Virus record (IMG/VR): IMGVR_UViG_3300010232_000003
Direction: 5' to 3' (one strand)
Source: a virus
Length of the DNA: 57,088 nt
Part shown: one piece after another, positions 9,467-19,154 of the stretch
Numbering within the stretch: position 1 is the first letter of the stretch
How the letters are laid out: every line of letters starts with the position of its first letter
Made by a program: the position numbers and the translations under genes
The notes under the pieces: generated by a model
What the model was told of the DNA's origin: nothing
Seen by the model: the letters and a program-made list of their open reading frames with translations, nothing else
Database searches by the model: none

Positions 9467-10393
9467 ATGCGTGTGTTCAAGTGCACGACGTCAAACGCGT
9501 TCCCAGAGATCGTCAAAACGCTGAGCGAAGAAGACGCTCAGCACTCGCGGAACGGCGACACGCGTGAACACCTCGGCGTCGCGATACAATCACAAGACCC
9601 ACGTGAACGATTATTCTTCAGGGAGAACTACAACCTCGCGTTCCAACTCCAAGAAGCGATCGCGTACTGGGCGGGGCAAAACCCTGGGCACGTCGAGCGA
9701 TACAACTCCACGATGACTCAATTCATGACAGACGGGGAACTCGAGGGCTCAGCGTACGGACGCTACCTCAGGCGCGTCCCGCACGACCAAATCGATCGCG
9801 TCGTCCAACAACTCGTCGACAACCAGGCGACTCGTCGAGCCGTTATCGCGTTCCACCAACCCCGCGTCGAGAACTACGACGGCCCAGACGTCGCGTGCAC
9901 GCTCACCATGCAACTCGTGATCCGAGACGACTCCCTCCACGCGTTCACCAACATGCGGTCACAAGACATGTACTGGGGATACCCGTACGACGTGCATAAC
10001 TTCCAATGGCTCCAAGAAGTACTCGCCGGGATCCTCGGTGTCGAGCTCGGTTCGTACACGCACTACATGAATAATTGCCACTACTACGTCGAGCGAGAAC
10101 CAATGGTGCTCGACGCCGCGAGGGACATGGACCCGGTTTCGCTCCCAGATATCAGGCTCCCACGCGACGAGCTCGACGCCGTGATGTTCTACCTCGCACA
10201 CGGATTAGCACGGGCTCGCGACGGGCTCGTCCCGTGGAGCGAGATCGACGCGCTCCACGCGTACGAAGCGTTCTACGCGGATTGGCTTCGCTACATGACC
10301 GCGTACGAACAACGCCGATTCCACGACAACGAAGAAACAGCTATAGATATAGCGAACGACATCGCGTTCATCGCGTTCAAAGACCAGGTCTAA
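9467..10393 (+). CDS. Thymidylate-synthase-family pyrimidine C5 transferase, paralog 1 (dCMP methylase or hydroxymethylase candidate)
   Basis: Catalytic Cys in DVACT. MRSQDMYWGYPYDVHNF aligns to ThyA QRSCDVFLGLPFNIASY with Asp in place of Asn177. CHYY aligns to THLY. Confidence 0.8.
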   Translation: MRVFKCTTSNAFPEIVKTLSEEDAQHSRNGDTREHLGVAIQSQDPRERLFFRENYNLAFQLQEAIAYWAGQNPGHVERYNSTMTQFMTDGELEGSAYGRYLRRVPHDQIDRVVQQLVDNQATRRAVIAFHQPRVENYDGPDVACTLTMQLVIRDDSLHAFTNMRSQDMYWGYPYDVHNFQWLQEVLAGILGVELGSYTHYMNNCHYYVEREPMVLDAARDMDPVSLPDIRLPRDELDAVMFYLAHGLARARDGLVPWSEIDALHAYEAFYADWLRYMTAYEQRRFHDNEETAIDIANDIAFIAFKDQV

Positions 10394-10779
10394 TCGTCTT
10401 TGAGCAACTCGTCGGTATCGATTTCCTCGTCAGGGACCTCGATGTCTTGACGACGCAGCGCTCGATTCAACTCGCGTAGATATCGCTCGACTTCGTTGAA
10501 CTCGTCGACGAGTTCATCGTGAGCCTCGTTCTGTTCCCTCCGAGTCTCCTCGATCGTCTCCCGGATTTTCTCGTGACTGTCCTCCGCTTCGTTCAAAAAA
10601 CCTTCTTGGCTCTCCACGCCGAACACTGTGTTCCACACCGTGTCGATTTTGCTCTTCATCGGTTCAATGTCATCTTTCTTTAACTGGTCGAGTTGCCCGA
10701 TGACATACCCGAGTGCCGCTCCGACGACCATGACGCCCACCGAGATGAGGGTTAAGAGTGCTGTTACTAAGCTAGCCAT
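10390..10779 (-). CDS. Membrane-anchored coiled-coil hypothetical protein
   Basis: N-terminal hydrophobic helix ALLTLISVGVMVVGAALGYVIG followed by a charged helical region. Confidence 0.6.
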   Translation of the reverse strand: MASLVTALLTLISVGVMVVGAALGYVIGQLDQLKKDDIEPMKSKIDTVWNTVFGVESQEGFLNEAEDSHEKIRETIEETRREQNEAHDELVDEFNEVERYLRELNRALRRQDIEVPDEEIDTDELLKDD

Positions 10780-10836
10780 CGTTGTTGTTGCTCCGTTTAT
10801 CGTTCCATGCGATTAAAGCCATGGGGGTTCTGTGTG

Positions 10837-13800
10837 TTAAGTATCGCCGGTAACCCGTATGTAATCGTACTTGATCGTCCCGTCGGCGCCTTTTACCTGT
10901 AAAATGATGCCTCCACCGCTAAAATCCGTGTTATTGTAGCTTGCGGAGGCGATCGAATTACCGTTTTCATCGAAAACCGTTAATTCATGGTCTCCGTTAT
11001 CGGTCCATGCGATTTCGTTTTCATACCACGTGTTACCGCTTAACGTAACGGATGCTGTTGCTTTCGTGATTTGGTCCGGTCCGTTATCATATATAAGTCG
11101 AATTTCGTCGTTAGCGGGGTCGCTTTCTATGATATATCGTTCGTTTTTGCTGCTATTCTTTTGATGTGCGTACGCGAATTCGTTTACCGGCCCGGATTCG
11201 GCTTTCCACCAATATCGGAATTTATCGCCTTTAGAGGGATACAGATCGAGGCCATCAAACGATTGAGCGTTTAAGTCACTACCACTACGGGTAACTTCCA
11301 CCGCGTAGATACCGTTTTTCACATCAGATGTTTGAATGACGAATTCGCTTGTATCGCCTATATATTCGCTCATGTCGCCGTCTTCGAAATCGTCAATAAC
11401 GGAGGAACCACCGTCAAGGTTATCGGTAACCCGGATGTAATCTATCGTTGTCGCAATATTATCGACGAAATCCGATCGGCTTCCCTCCATAGCGATCCCT
11501 CCATCCCCGTATGTAGCGTCGGTAAAGGAGCCATTACCGACGGAATTTCCGTTTTCATCGAAGACTTCGATTTCGTGAATACCGTTTGTGTACCACCGGA
11601 TTTCCGTTTGATACCATGTATCGAATGAAATGGACATAGAAAATGTTTGTTGCGGGTCCCCGTTCGAATCCCCGCCGTCAATATATACATCAATTTGGTT
11701 ATCATGAACTTCGTAATCAAGCCGATACGCATTATCACGTGACGAATTTTGGATTCCGTACCAAAAGCGATGTATTGCGTCTTGCTCGCTATACCACCAA
11801 TATCGGAATTTATCGCCGATCTTCGGGTAATTAGGTAATCCATCTCCTTCTAAAGAATACATACGACGGTTATCGCCGTCTCGAGTAAGGTCTAAGGCGA
11901 CATCTCCTTCTTTCGTCCGTGAGGTATTAAACGAGTGATAGCTGGTTTCCCCGGAGTATTCCGAAAGATCGGAATCTTCGAAATCGTCTATAGTAGCGGT
12001 GTTGTTTTCATCAGACGTTATTTCAGCGCTGTCCCAATAAATCGTGTTACTCGCGTCGCTTGCACTTCCAGAACCCACGAACCCGATTCCACCCGACAGG
12101 AAAGTAGTATCCACCGTTGAGATCTGTACGATCTGAGAATCGTTGGGTCCATACATGGTACACGTAATATCGCCGCTTCCCTTCCAATCGATCTCTACCG
12201 TGTTCCATTGGTCGTTATGAAGCGTCCAGTCGAACGGTGTAGACGCGAGCTCGACGTAGTTATCGCCATCTTTGTATAAACGGAATTTATCGTCGCGAGG
12301 CCCCCAAACGAGGCGGTAATTATTGTCGTTATTACTACTTACGCCGAAGAGAAAGTAACATTGCCAATTGTCGCCGCTCGAAGAATCCATATAGTTCTTT
12401 ATCTGGAACGTGTCCCCCGACGAAGGATACTCCGGTAAACCGGAGGTACTATAGAGATAATACGTGTCATTATCGTCCGGTTGATTCTCCTCGAGACCAT
12501 ACGTTCCTTCATACGCTGCAGCCGTTGTGACAGAGTATGGATCGCCGGAGCCGAAGTAGTCCTTCGTATACTCCGATATATCGCCGTCTTCGAAGTCGTC
12601 GATGATGATAGTCGTGGCTGGCGTTGTTTGAGCGCCGGATGTTTGCTCTAAGGCGTAGTCGAAGTATGACGTTATTGAGCCGCCTTGCTCCGACCAACCG
12701 TGTCCTCCGGAGGCCCAAGTCGCATCCGTACCAGTAACACTTGAAACTTCGGTATTACCGTCATAGAGTTTCGCGGTTATGGTGCCATCTGATGCCCAAT
12801 CGACCTGAAACGTTAAATAAGCGTCGTTAGGAACGGTAACACCGGTAGCTTGCGAAATCGTGGAACCACCACCGTTCTCGACTTTGCCTATCGTCCATGT
12901 ACCGTTCGGAGAGTCGGCCTCAACGTAGTAATAGTTACTCCCGTCTTGGACTCCGAATAAGTGCCGACTGATCGACCCAGTGGGTAGGTAGTGATACGTT
13001 TCAAACGTTTCACCGGCTTCCGCATCATTATTCAAGCTACCCGCGGATGTATAAATTGTTGCCGTACCGGTTACTTGAAGGGCGTAGTCGCCGTGCTTCG
13101 TAGGTATATTCGTTCTATTATCAACTGTGGCAGAACTCGTATCTCCGTTATACTCCGTAACCCCAGCGTCTTCGAAGTCGTCAATAACATTCGTAGCTAC
13201 GGTTACCCGCGCAAAGTCGAAGATCGCTTCAAGGTCAAGCGTGGTTAAAACCCGCGGAGCTGAACCCCAACCAACACCTCCCGAAAGGTATGTATCATCC
13301 GTCGTTGTAAACGTTCCAAGTGACGTACCATCGTCTTCGAACAATTCAACGGTGAACCCGCCGGAGGAACCCCAATCGACCTCGATTTCGTACCATACAT
13401 TCGTACTAACCGACGCGGAAATTTCTCCTAACGTCGTAGTGTTCCCGGAGTCAACGACGCTTACACGTACTCTATCTTCGGCGGGGTTTAAGTCGACTCG
13501 ATACGCGTTATCGATGTCTGAAGCACCGAAGTAATGAACGGCACGGTTATCAGCATTCGACACGTAGGCCCAATAAGCGTACGTATCACCGGTTTCTGGA
13601 TAGTAATTCAAGCCTGACGTTGAAACGATGTTCTTAGGCGTTGAACCGTCGGATTTCATGGAAAGCGACGCGTCGCCACTTTGAGTCGGGTAATTCCGGA
13701 TAGAGGCCCCCGACGTGTCACCGGAGTATTCACCGATATCTTCGTCTTCGAAGTCATCGATAACATTCGACGAAGGCGCCCGCGACACGGTTTTGATAAC

Positions 13801-13968
13801 GACGTCGGTTATCTCCGTTCGGTCAACGACTCGCTCAATCGGTGTCAGGACTTGATCGCCGCCAACAGATGAACCCTCCGGCGGTTGCGCGGCTCTCGCT
13901 TCCTCGAGTCGCTGTACTCTCGTCTTCACGGTGCGTAGCTCCTCAGCTGCTTTATCGTTATCAGTCAT
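10837..13968 (-). CDS. Tail fibre / receptor-binding protein with five tandem ~195-aa lectin-like repeats
   Basis: N-terminal coiled coil. Repeats start with IDDFED.D..EY.GDTS at aa 70, 262, 456, 660 and 858. Each ends ..Y/F.RVT. Confidence 0.7.
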   Translation of the reverse strand: MTDNDKAAEELRTVKTRVQRLEEARAAQPPEGSSVGGDQVLTPIERVVDRTEITDVVIKTVSRAPSSNVIDDFEDEDIGEYSGDTSGASIRNYPTQSGDASLSMKSDGSTPKNIVSTSGLNYYPETGDTYAYWAYVSNADNRAVHYFGASDIDNAYRVDLNPAEDRVRVSVVDSGNTTTLGEISASVSTNVWYEIEVDWGSSGGFTVELFEDDGTSLGTFTTTDDTYLSGGVGWGSAPRVLTTLDLEAIFDFARVTVATNVIDDFEDAGVTEYNGDTSSATVDNRTNIPTKHGDYALQVTGTATIYTSAGSLNNDAEAGETFETYHYLPTGSISRHLFGVQDGSNYYYVEADSPNGTWTIGKVENGGGSTISQATGVTVPNDAYLTFQVDWASDGTITAKLYDGNTEVSSVTGTDATWASGGHGWSEQGGSITSYFDYALEQTSGAQTTPATTIIIDDFEDGDISEYTKDYFGSGDPYSVTTAAAYEGTYGLEENQPDDNDTYYLYSTSGLPEYPSSGDTFQIKNYMDSSSGDNWQCYFLFGVSSNNDNNYRLVWGPRDDKFRLYKDGDNYVELASTPFDWTLHNDQWNTVEIDWKGSGDITCTMYGPNDSQIVQISTVDTTFLSGGIGFVGSGSASDASNTIYWDSAEITSDENNTATIDDFEDSDLSEYSGETSYHSFNTSRTKEGDVALDLTRDGDNRRMYSLEGDGLPNYPKIGDKFRYWWYSEQDAIHRFWYGIQNSSRDNAYRLDYEVHDNQIDVYIDGGDSNGDPQQTFSMSISFDTWYQTEIRWYTNGIHEIEVFDENGNSVGNGSFTDATYGDGGIAMEGSRSDFVDNIATTIDYIRVTDNLDGGSSVIDDFEDGDMSEYIGDTSEFVIQTSDVKNGIYAVEVTRSGSDLNAQSFDGLDLYPSKGDKFRYWWKAESGPVNEFAYAHQKNSSKNERYIIESDPANDEIRLIYDNGPDQITKATASVTLSGNTWYENEIAWTDNGDHELTVFDENGNSIASASYNNTDFSGGGIILQVKGADGTIKYDYIRVTGDT

Positions 13969-14543
13969 GCATTACGGAATTGTAACTCGACTTCGTACGT
14001 GATCGATACATCCGACGTCTTCGTTTCCTCGGATACCAAGGAGTGATTGAAAAACGTCCCGCCAGTCGACGCCGAGACGAGCCCGACTTCGCGGAACGTG
14101 TTCCCGTTCGCTTCCCCGGTCCCAATTAACGTCTCCGTGGTTAAGTTCTTCCCGTTATCCGTCGACGAATCTACGGCTTCTCGATGCACTTCGTTGTTAA
14201 GCCCGGTGTTCGATGACGACGGTTGACTGCTACCGTCACCCACGGCTAGGTGCGACGCGTCGATCCCCGATGGGCTCTGCGAGCTATCGACGTGATCCAC
14301 GATGTACTCCAAGAACCCGTCGAGCACGACGTTCCTATCAACCGCTATATCGATGGGCTCCGGTCCATGGTCCTTGACCACGGCGATACGAGCCGCGTCT
14401 AACGGGTCAGGCTGTTCGTGAAACGTTTCTCCCAACAGTTCACATATAGCATCGTAGTCCCGCCAGAAACGTATCTCTGTACGTATCTCGTCGGAATCGT
14501 ACGTCCGTCTCGTCACGCGACCCGTGACGTCTACGTTGTTCAT
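13965..14543 (-). CDS. Tail tip / baseplate component (hypothetical)
   Basis: Lies between the distal tail genes and the fibre. Start and stop overlap the neighbouring genes. Confidence 0.55.
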   Translation of the reverse strand: MNNVDVTGRVTRRTYDSDEIRTEIRFWRDYDAICELLGETFHEQPDPLDAARIAVVKDHGPEPIDIAVDRNVVLDGFLEYIVDHVDSSQSPSGIDASHLAVGDGSSQPSSSNTGLNNEVHREAVDSSTDNGKNLTTETLIGTGEANGNTFREVGLVSASTGGTFFNHSLVSEETKTSDVSITYEVELQFRNA

Positions 14544-15970
14544 ACGTTTTCCCTCGTCTTCGCGGTGACCTCGGTGCGTAACCGTAACCCGTCGTACGTG
14601 TCAACAACGGAGGTAACGACGTAATTACCGTTCGCGTCAACAGTGGACTCGTCGACGTCGATGACTTCTCGAGGCCGTACATTATGCGCCCTCAACGAAT
14701 CAGCTGTGAACGATACCTCTCCGCCCGGTGTTTGTCTCCGAGCGATGATCCCTTGAACCACGTTTTCGCCCTCGGATTCCCCCACGACTGATTCACGGCG
14801 ATACCGTCCCTCTCGGCGACGGTACTGGGTTATCGACGAGTTACTCCGAGCCCCCACGACGATCGGGTAATAATAAAAAATCCGGTACGCGGTTTCGTTC
14901 GTGGAGCTATCGTACCGTACGTCGTGACCCCCAGAGCCATCAGATTCAATGAGCACGTGGGGATCCGGGTTCGGGAGGTTATTCTCCGGCATCGGTACGT
15001 AGTTCATGCCATCCGTTACCTCGCTCGCCGGGATCTTCGACCTCGCTAAATCCGAGTTCTTGTTCCCAGGTGCTTTCGGGGACCCTGAGTCGTTCGCTTG
15101 TAACCGTACGACGAGCGCGTCGTCCGGGTCGTACGGGTCAACGTTAATTGATACCCCGGCGATTTCACCTTTCCGGACATTGACTTGTTGCGTGCGTCGA
15201 TTGCTATCCGTTACTCTCTCCGTCGAGTCATAACTCGTCTGCTCGACGTCTAACCCCGTGTCCCTCACGCCGTCGATTAAGACCTCGTTCGCCATGTTCT
15301 TATCCGTTTCTTCGTGTGACCACTCGCCGATCCTATCAGAGCTATCCAATTCGAACTCAGTGGACAACGAGGAGCGCTCCGTGAACACGAAGTCCACGCC
15401 ATCAGACGCCATCACGACCGGTGTTTGCTCGCGGATCCGTCGAAACGCTTCGAGGAGATTCGTTCGCTGATACTGTACTGATAACCCTCGAGTAACAGTG
15501 TCAACCCTCGACGTACCGATCTCAGAAGCGTTCTCTCGAAGCAACGTGTCCACGATCGAGCTCGACGTCCCCGATACTTGGACTTCGTCGAACGACTCCG
15601 TGGTGAATCGCATCGAGAACACCGCGAACACGAAGTCTTCAAGTGTCAACTCGAGGTCTTGACTCGCCGGTCCAGTAACGGTGTGCGACATCGGTCTCAC
15701 CATCCCGGTCCACCTGTGGCTCAACGAGCTCTCGCCCTCGAGTCGTGTCCTGAACTGGACTCGATCACCGATATCGACGCTATCAGTGTACGATGCACCG
15801 TCGTTGTCGAGCTCGATCTTCGCGGTGTCCTTCACGCTTTGTAACCGGTTCTCGATGTTCACGTACCCGATATCAGTGTCCGGTATCGTGGCGTCCGCGT
15901 CGCTCGGTGACGTGCTCGTGTTCCCGGGCTCGAACACTCGGAGCTCCGCGTCGACAACGGTTCGTGTCAT
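14540..15970 (-). CDS. Distal tail / tail tip protein (hypothetical)
   Basis: 476-aa ORF immediately downstream of the tape measure gene. Confidence 0.55.
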   Translation of the reverse strand: MTRTVVDAELRVFEPGNTSTSPSDADATIPDTDIGYVNIENRLQSVKDTAKIELDNDGASYTDSVDIGDRVQFRTRLEGESSLSHRWTGMVRPMSHTVTGPASQDLELTLEDFVFAVFSMRFTTESFDEVQVSGTSSSIVDTLLRENASEIGTSRVDTVTRGLSVQYQRTNLLEAFRRIREQTPVVMASDGVDFVFTERSSLSTEFELDSSDRIGEWSHEETDKNMANEVLIDGVRDTGLDVEQTSYDSTERVTDSNRRTQQVNVRKGEIAGVSINVDPYDPDDALVVRLQANDSGSPKAPGNKNSDLARSKIPASEVTDGMNYVPMPENNLPNPDPHVLIESDGSGGHDVRYDSSTNETAYRIFYYYPIVVGARSNSSITQYRRREGRYRRESVVGESEGENVVQGIIARRQTPGGEVSFTADSLRAHNVRPREVIDVDESTVDANGNYVVTSVVDTYDGLRLRTEVTAKTRENV

Positions 15971-18393
15971 TGCGTAGCCCCAGTATCCGCGATGTTCTGC
16001 GATCGAAGCGCTCGCGTGAACCCCTCGGCGGCTCTCCGACCGCCCTCGCGGCTATCAGCGTGTATCACTAAGCGATTAACGCTCACACCGGAGCGGGGTT
16101 CGTCGAGCGGTTCGACTCGCTCCGGCCCGGATTCACCGATCATCGCGAGCGTGGGTTGCGTGACGACGCCGCCCTCAGCGAGCGCCGGGATCCCGATGGT
16201 TTCACCCGAGAAAACAGTGTCACCCCTGACGTTGACTTCCCCGATCGTGTGCTCCCATGGCAACCCGAGCGCGTCGTTGAACGCGTTCTTCACCGCTTTC
16301 GCGAGACCCTCAGCGAACCCCACGATAGCGCCAGTGATATCCCATTGAGTGAGGAGATCACTGATCCGGCTCAACGTGCGATCGATGAACCCCTCGATGG
16401 CTTCCCATGCTTCGCCCCAATCACCCTGTAACACGTTGAGGAACACGCGTATCGCGGTGAGGAACGCGTCAAGTGACGTTTGTAGAACCGTTGAAATAAC
16501 GTCGAACACGAACGATAGATACGTGATTATCTCGTCGCCCCACTGGCTCCACGCTTCACCGATGACTCCAAGCACCGTGTTGACGATGTCCATCATGACG
16601 TTTAACCCGACCCTGACTCGTTTCACGATCGGGTCAATGGTTTCACGGACTTCTTCCGTGATAGGCCCGGCGTGTAGACGCCATAGCTCGACGATCGCTC
16701 CAAAGTACTCTTGGACCTCGCGGATAAGCGGCTCGATTGGGGCTAAGAAACCGCTCACAGTGTCATCCGCTTTGTCACCCGCCATTGAGGGTAACCCCCA
16801 TGATTCGAGGAGACCAGTGACTCGTTCCAGTCTCCGTTCGAAGAACCCTGTGAACGACGACCACGCGCCCTTCCAATCACCTTGTATCAAGTCGAGGATA
16901 ATACGGATATGCGTGAGTAACCCGTCGAGTGTGTCGACGATGTACGTGCTCACGAGTTCCATGACCGCGTTAACCACTGTCATGATCTCGTCGCCCCACT
17001 CGTCCCAGAACGACTGGATGCTCGCGAGTATATTCTGTATATCTTCGCGTAGAGGCTCGCCGTGAACCGCCCATAGCTCGCGGATCTTCGAGAACGTTTC
17101 CTCCGTCACGTCGCGGATACCCGCGAAGTTAGTCGCGTACGCGGCACCGAGAGCAGCGACCGCTGCGACGACCGCGGCGATCGGTCCACTAACGAGTAAG
17201 CCAATCGCCGCGATCGTGCTCCCGATCGCGACAGCTACGAGCCCCCATGCTTTTTGTTGCGAGGACAACATGTTTATCACGGATTCACCCGAGCTCAAGA
17301 AATCGTTGATACCCTCGACGAGGGACGTTAAATACGGTAATAAAACGTTACCGATCTCGATCGCGGTGTTCCGCAACCGGTTTTTCAACAACTTTACCTT
17401 GGCGTTAAACGTATCCGTCGCGGCGTTGAACTCTTCTTGGAGAGACGTCGCTTCCTCGTACGACTCGTTCGACGCGTCCAACGCTTCCTTCGTGCCCTCG
17501 AGGTTCTGCCCGAGACCCGCCAAGGCTTGCCGCGACGTCGACGACAACGTTTGCCTGAGCTCGTCAGCTGCTCGACCGTCCTCCGACATCGCCTCAGCCA
17601 TCCGGAGGAACAACTCTTGTGGTTCCTCGTCACGCATGTTCGCGAACGCTTCCGATGACATCCCTAACGCCGAGCTCACGTCCTCGACTTTATCAGGGTC
17701 CATGAGCTCTTGCGCGACGCGACGAAGCCTCGTCCCCGCTCGACGAGCGCTCGGTGAAACCTCGTTCAACGCCGCTGAGACCCCCGCGATCTCTCGCTGG
17801 TTCAACCCGAATTGCGATAACGCGGCTGACGATCGCATCATCGAGCTCGTGACTTCTTGCGCGGACGTCGCGAAGTTATTCGACAACGCGTTAATCGCGG
17901 AGCCGAGGTTCTCGACTTCATCTATCGGGGTGTTCGTGATCTCCGCGAGTTTCGCGAGTGACTCACCAGCTTCGTCAGTGCTGAGATTCGTAGCCGTCGC
18001 CATCTTCGCCGTGGTCTCAGTGAAGTTACGGATGTTCTTCGTTCCCTCGATACCGAACCGAGCAGCATCAGCGGTTAACCCAGCGAGTTCCTCTTGCGCG
18101 ATCGGTATCTCCGCGGCCATGTCACGGATCTCCGAGTTCAGCGCAGCCGCCGTGGTTTCATCCGTGACTTTCTCGACTTCGACCATCGCTTCCTCGAAGT
18201 CCGCCGCGGCTGACGCTGACTTCGCTAACGCCGCTGTGGAGAACGCGGCAAGCGCACCAGCAGCCGCGCCAACAGCGGCTCTAAACGAGAACAACGTAGA
18301 CGTGGCGTCGCCCATCGAGTTCCTGAACCCGCCGACGCCCTGCGATTCCACGCGTACAGATAACGTGTTCTCAGAGCCGGGCATGAACGGCAT
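15967..18393 (-). CDS. Tail tape measure protein
   Basis: 808 aa, Ala-rich and helical. TP901-like core AAADFEEAMVEVEKV..IPIAQEELAGL. Hydrophobic central segment. Position after the chaperone genes. Confidence 0.85.
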   Translation of the reverse strand: MPFMPGSENTLSVRVESQGVGGFRNSMGDATSTLFSFRAAVGAAAGALAAFSTAALAKSASAAADFEEAMVEVEKVTDETTAAALNSEIRDMAAEIPIAQEELAGLTADAARFGIEGTKNIRNFTETTAKMATATNLSTDEAGESLAKLAEITNTPIDEVENLGSAINALSNNFATSAQEVTSSMMRSSAALSQFGLNQREIAGVSAALNEVSPSARRAGTRLRRVAQELMDPDKVEDVSSALGMSSEAFANMRDEEPQELFLRMAEAMSEDGRAADELRQTLSSTSRQALAGLGQNLEGTKEALDASNESYEEATSLQEEFNAATDTFNAKVKLLKNRLRNTAIEIGNVLLPYLTSLVEGINDFLSSGESVINMLSSQQKAWGLVAVAIGSTIAAIGLLVSGPIAAVVAAVAALGAAYATNFAGIRDVTEETFSKIRELWAVHGEPLREDIQNILASIQSFWDEWGDEIMTVVNAVMELVSTYIVDTLDGLLTHIRIILDLIQGDWKGAWSSFTGFFERRLERVTGLLESWGLPSMAGDKADDTVSGFLAPIEPLIREVQEYFGAIVELWRLHAGPITEEVRETIDPIVKRVRVGLNVMMDIVNTVLGVIGEAWSQWGDEIITYLSFVFDVISTVLQTSLDAFLTAIRVFLNVLQGDWGEAWEAIEGFIDRTLSRISDLLTQWDITGAIVGFAEGLAKAVKNAFNDALGLPWEHTIGEVNVRGDTVFSGETIGIPALAEGGVVTQPTLAMIGESGPERVEPLDEPRSGVSVNRLVIHADSREGGRRAAEGFTRALRSQNIADTGATQ

Positions 18394-18396
18394 TAG

Positions 18397-18651
18397 TTAG
18401 TTCCTCCGGTGCTCGTCGAATTCCTGTAGCTTATCGAAATCCGATTGCCTCGCTACGCCCATCGTGGGGTTCTCGTTCATCTCGTCGTTTCGCGCCATTT
18501 GACGTATCTTCTCATGCACCCTGTGCCCCTCCACGACGCGTCGGATCTCCGGGAACGTCAACCCAGCGATCGGGTTCTCGTTATACGAGTACCCGGCTTC
18601 GTGGAGAACGTACTCCGCTCGGGCCTCTAATTGCCACTCCGCGAATTTCCC
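18397..18651 (-). CDS. -1 frame extension of the tail assembly chaperone (gpT-like part of a G/GT pair)
   Basis: About 84 codons open with no usable start codon. Entered from the slippery heptamer G_GGA_AAT. Ends TAA 18397-18399, 3 nt before the tape measure ATG. Confidence 0.7.
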   Translation of the reverse strand, partial: GKFAEWQLEARAEYVLHEAGYSYNENPIAGLTFPEIRRVVEGHRVHEKIRQMARNDEMNENPTMGVARQSDFDKLQEFDEHRRN

Positions 18652-19154
18652 TCGATCGCTTCAGCGAGCTCCGCGTTGTCAAGCACCATGCCCTTCGCCA
18701 TCTCGAACCCTGACGCGTTATACAGGCACAGTATCAAGGGCTCGACGCCAAACGCAGCGAAGTCGTCGAGCTCCGTTTCAGCGTTAGACTCCTCGAGCTC
18801 GAACTCGGGTTCGACGAATCGCTCGTTGAGCAACTTAACGGTTTTCCGATCCGAGATGTTCCGCGGGTCACCGTCGCGCGGTAAGTACTTCTCCGCGGCT
18901 CCTTGCTCTAACGGCACGACGTTCGCGTACGCGTCGATCTCTCCGTCACCAGTGCACGCGTCGCATTCAGTGAAACTCGGTTCTCTCGACGCGTCGGTAT
19001 CGCGGAGAACGGTGCCCGTCCCGTCGCACTCAGTGCACTCGTTCCGGACGCCAGGGATGCGCTCCCAGACCGGTAACAAGTCACCGTGCTCGTCGCGCTG
19101 GACCTGGAAATCGCTCGCACTCGCCACGGCCCCAGCTGGTGGCTCGTCCGTCAT
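18627..19154 (-). CDS. Tail assembly chaperone (gpG-like)
   Basis: Position immediately upstream of the tape measure gene and the frameshift partner ORF. Confidence 0.7.
   Translation of the reverse strand: MTDEPPAGAVASASDFQVQRDEHGDLLPVWERIPGVRNECTECDGTGTVLRDTDASREPSFTECDACTGDGEIDAYANVVPLEQGAAEKYLPRDGDPRNISDRKTVKLLNERFVEPEFELEESNAETELDDFAAFGVEPLILCLYNASGFEMAKGMVLDNAELAEAIEGNSRSGN
18645..18651 (-). promoter_or_regulatory. Programmed -1 ribosomal frameshift slippery site GGGAAAT
   Basis: Zero-frame codons are GGA AAT, fitting X_XXY_YYZ, 15 nt before TAG 18627-18629. Confidence 0.7.

Noticed and set aside
17216-18400. Long plus-strand ORFs antisense to the structural genes. Examples are 17216-18400 (394 aa), 30247-31515 (422 aa), 22137-23213 (358 aa), 16349-17065 and 18631-19329.
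   Set aside because: They lie fully inside much longer minus-strand genes with recognisable functions. Their products are Arg/Ser/Pro-rich rather than acidic like the rest of the proteome. They are shadow ORFs of a GC-rich sequence.
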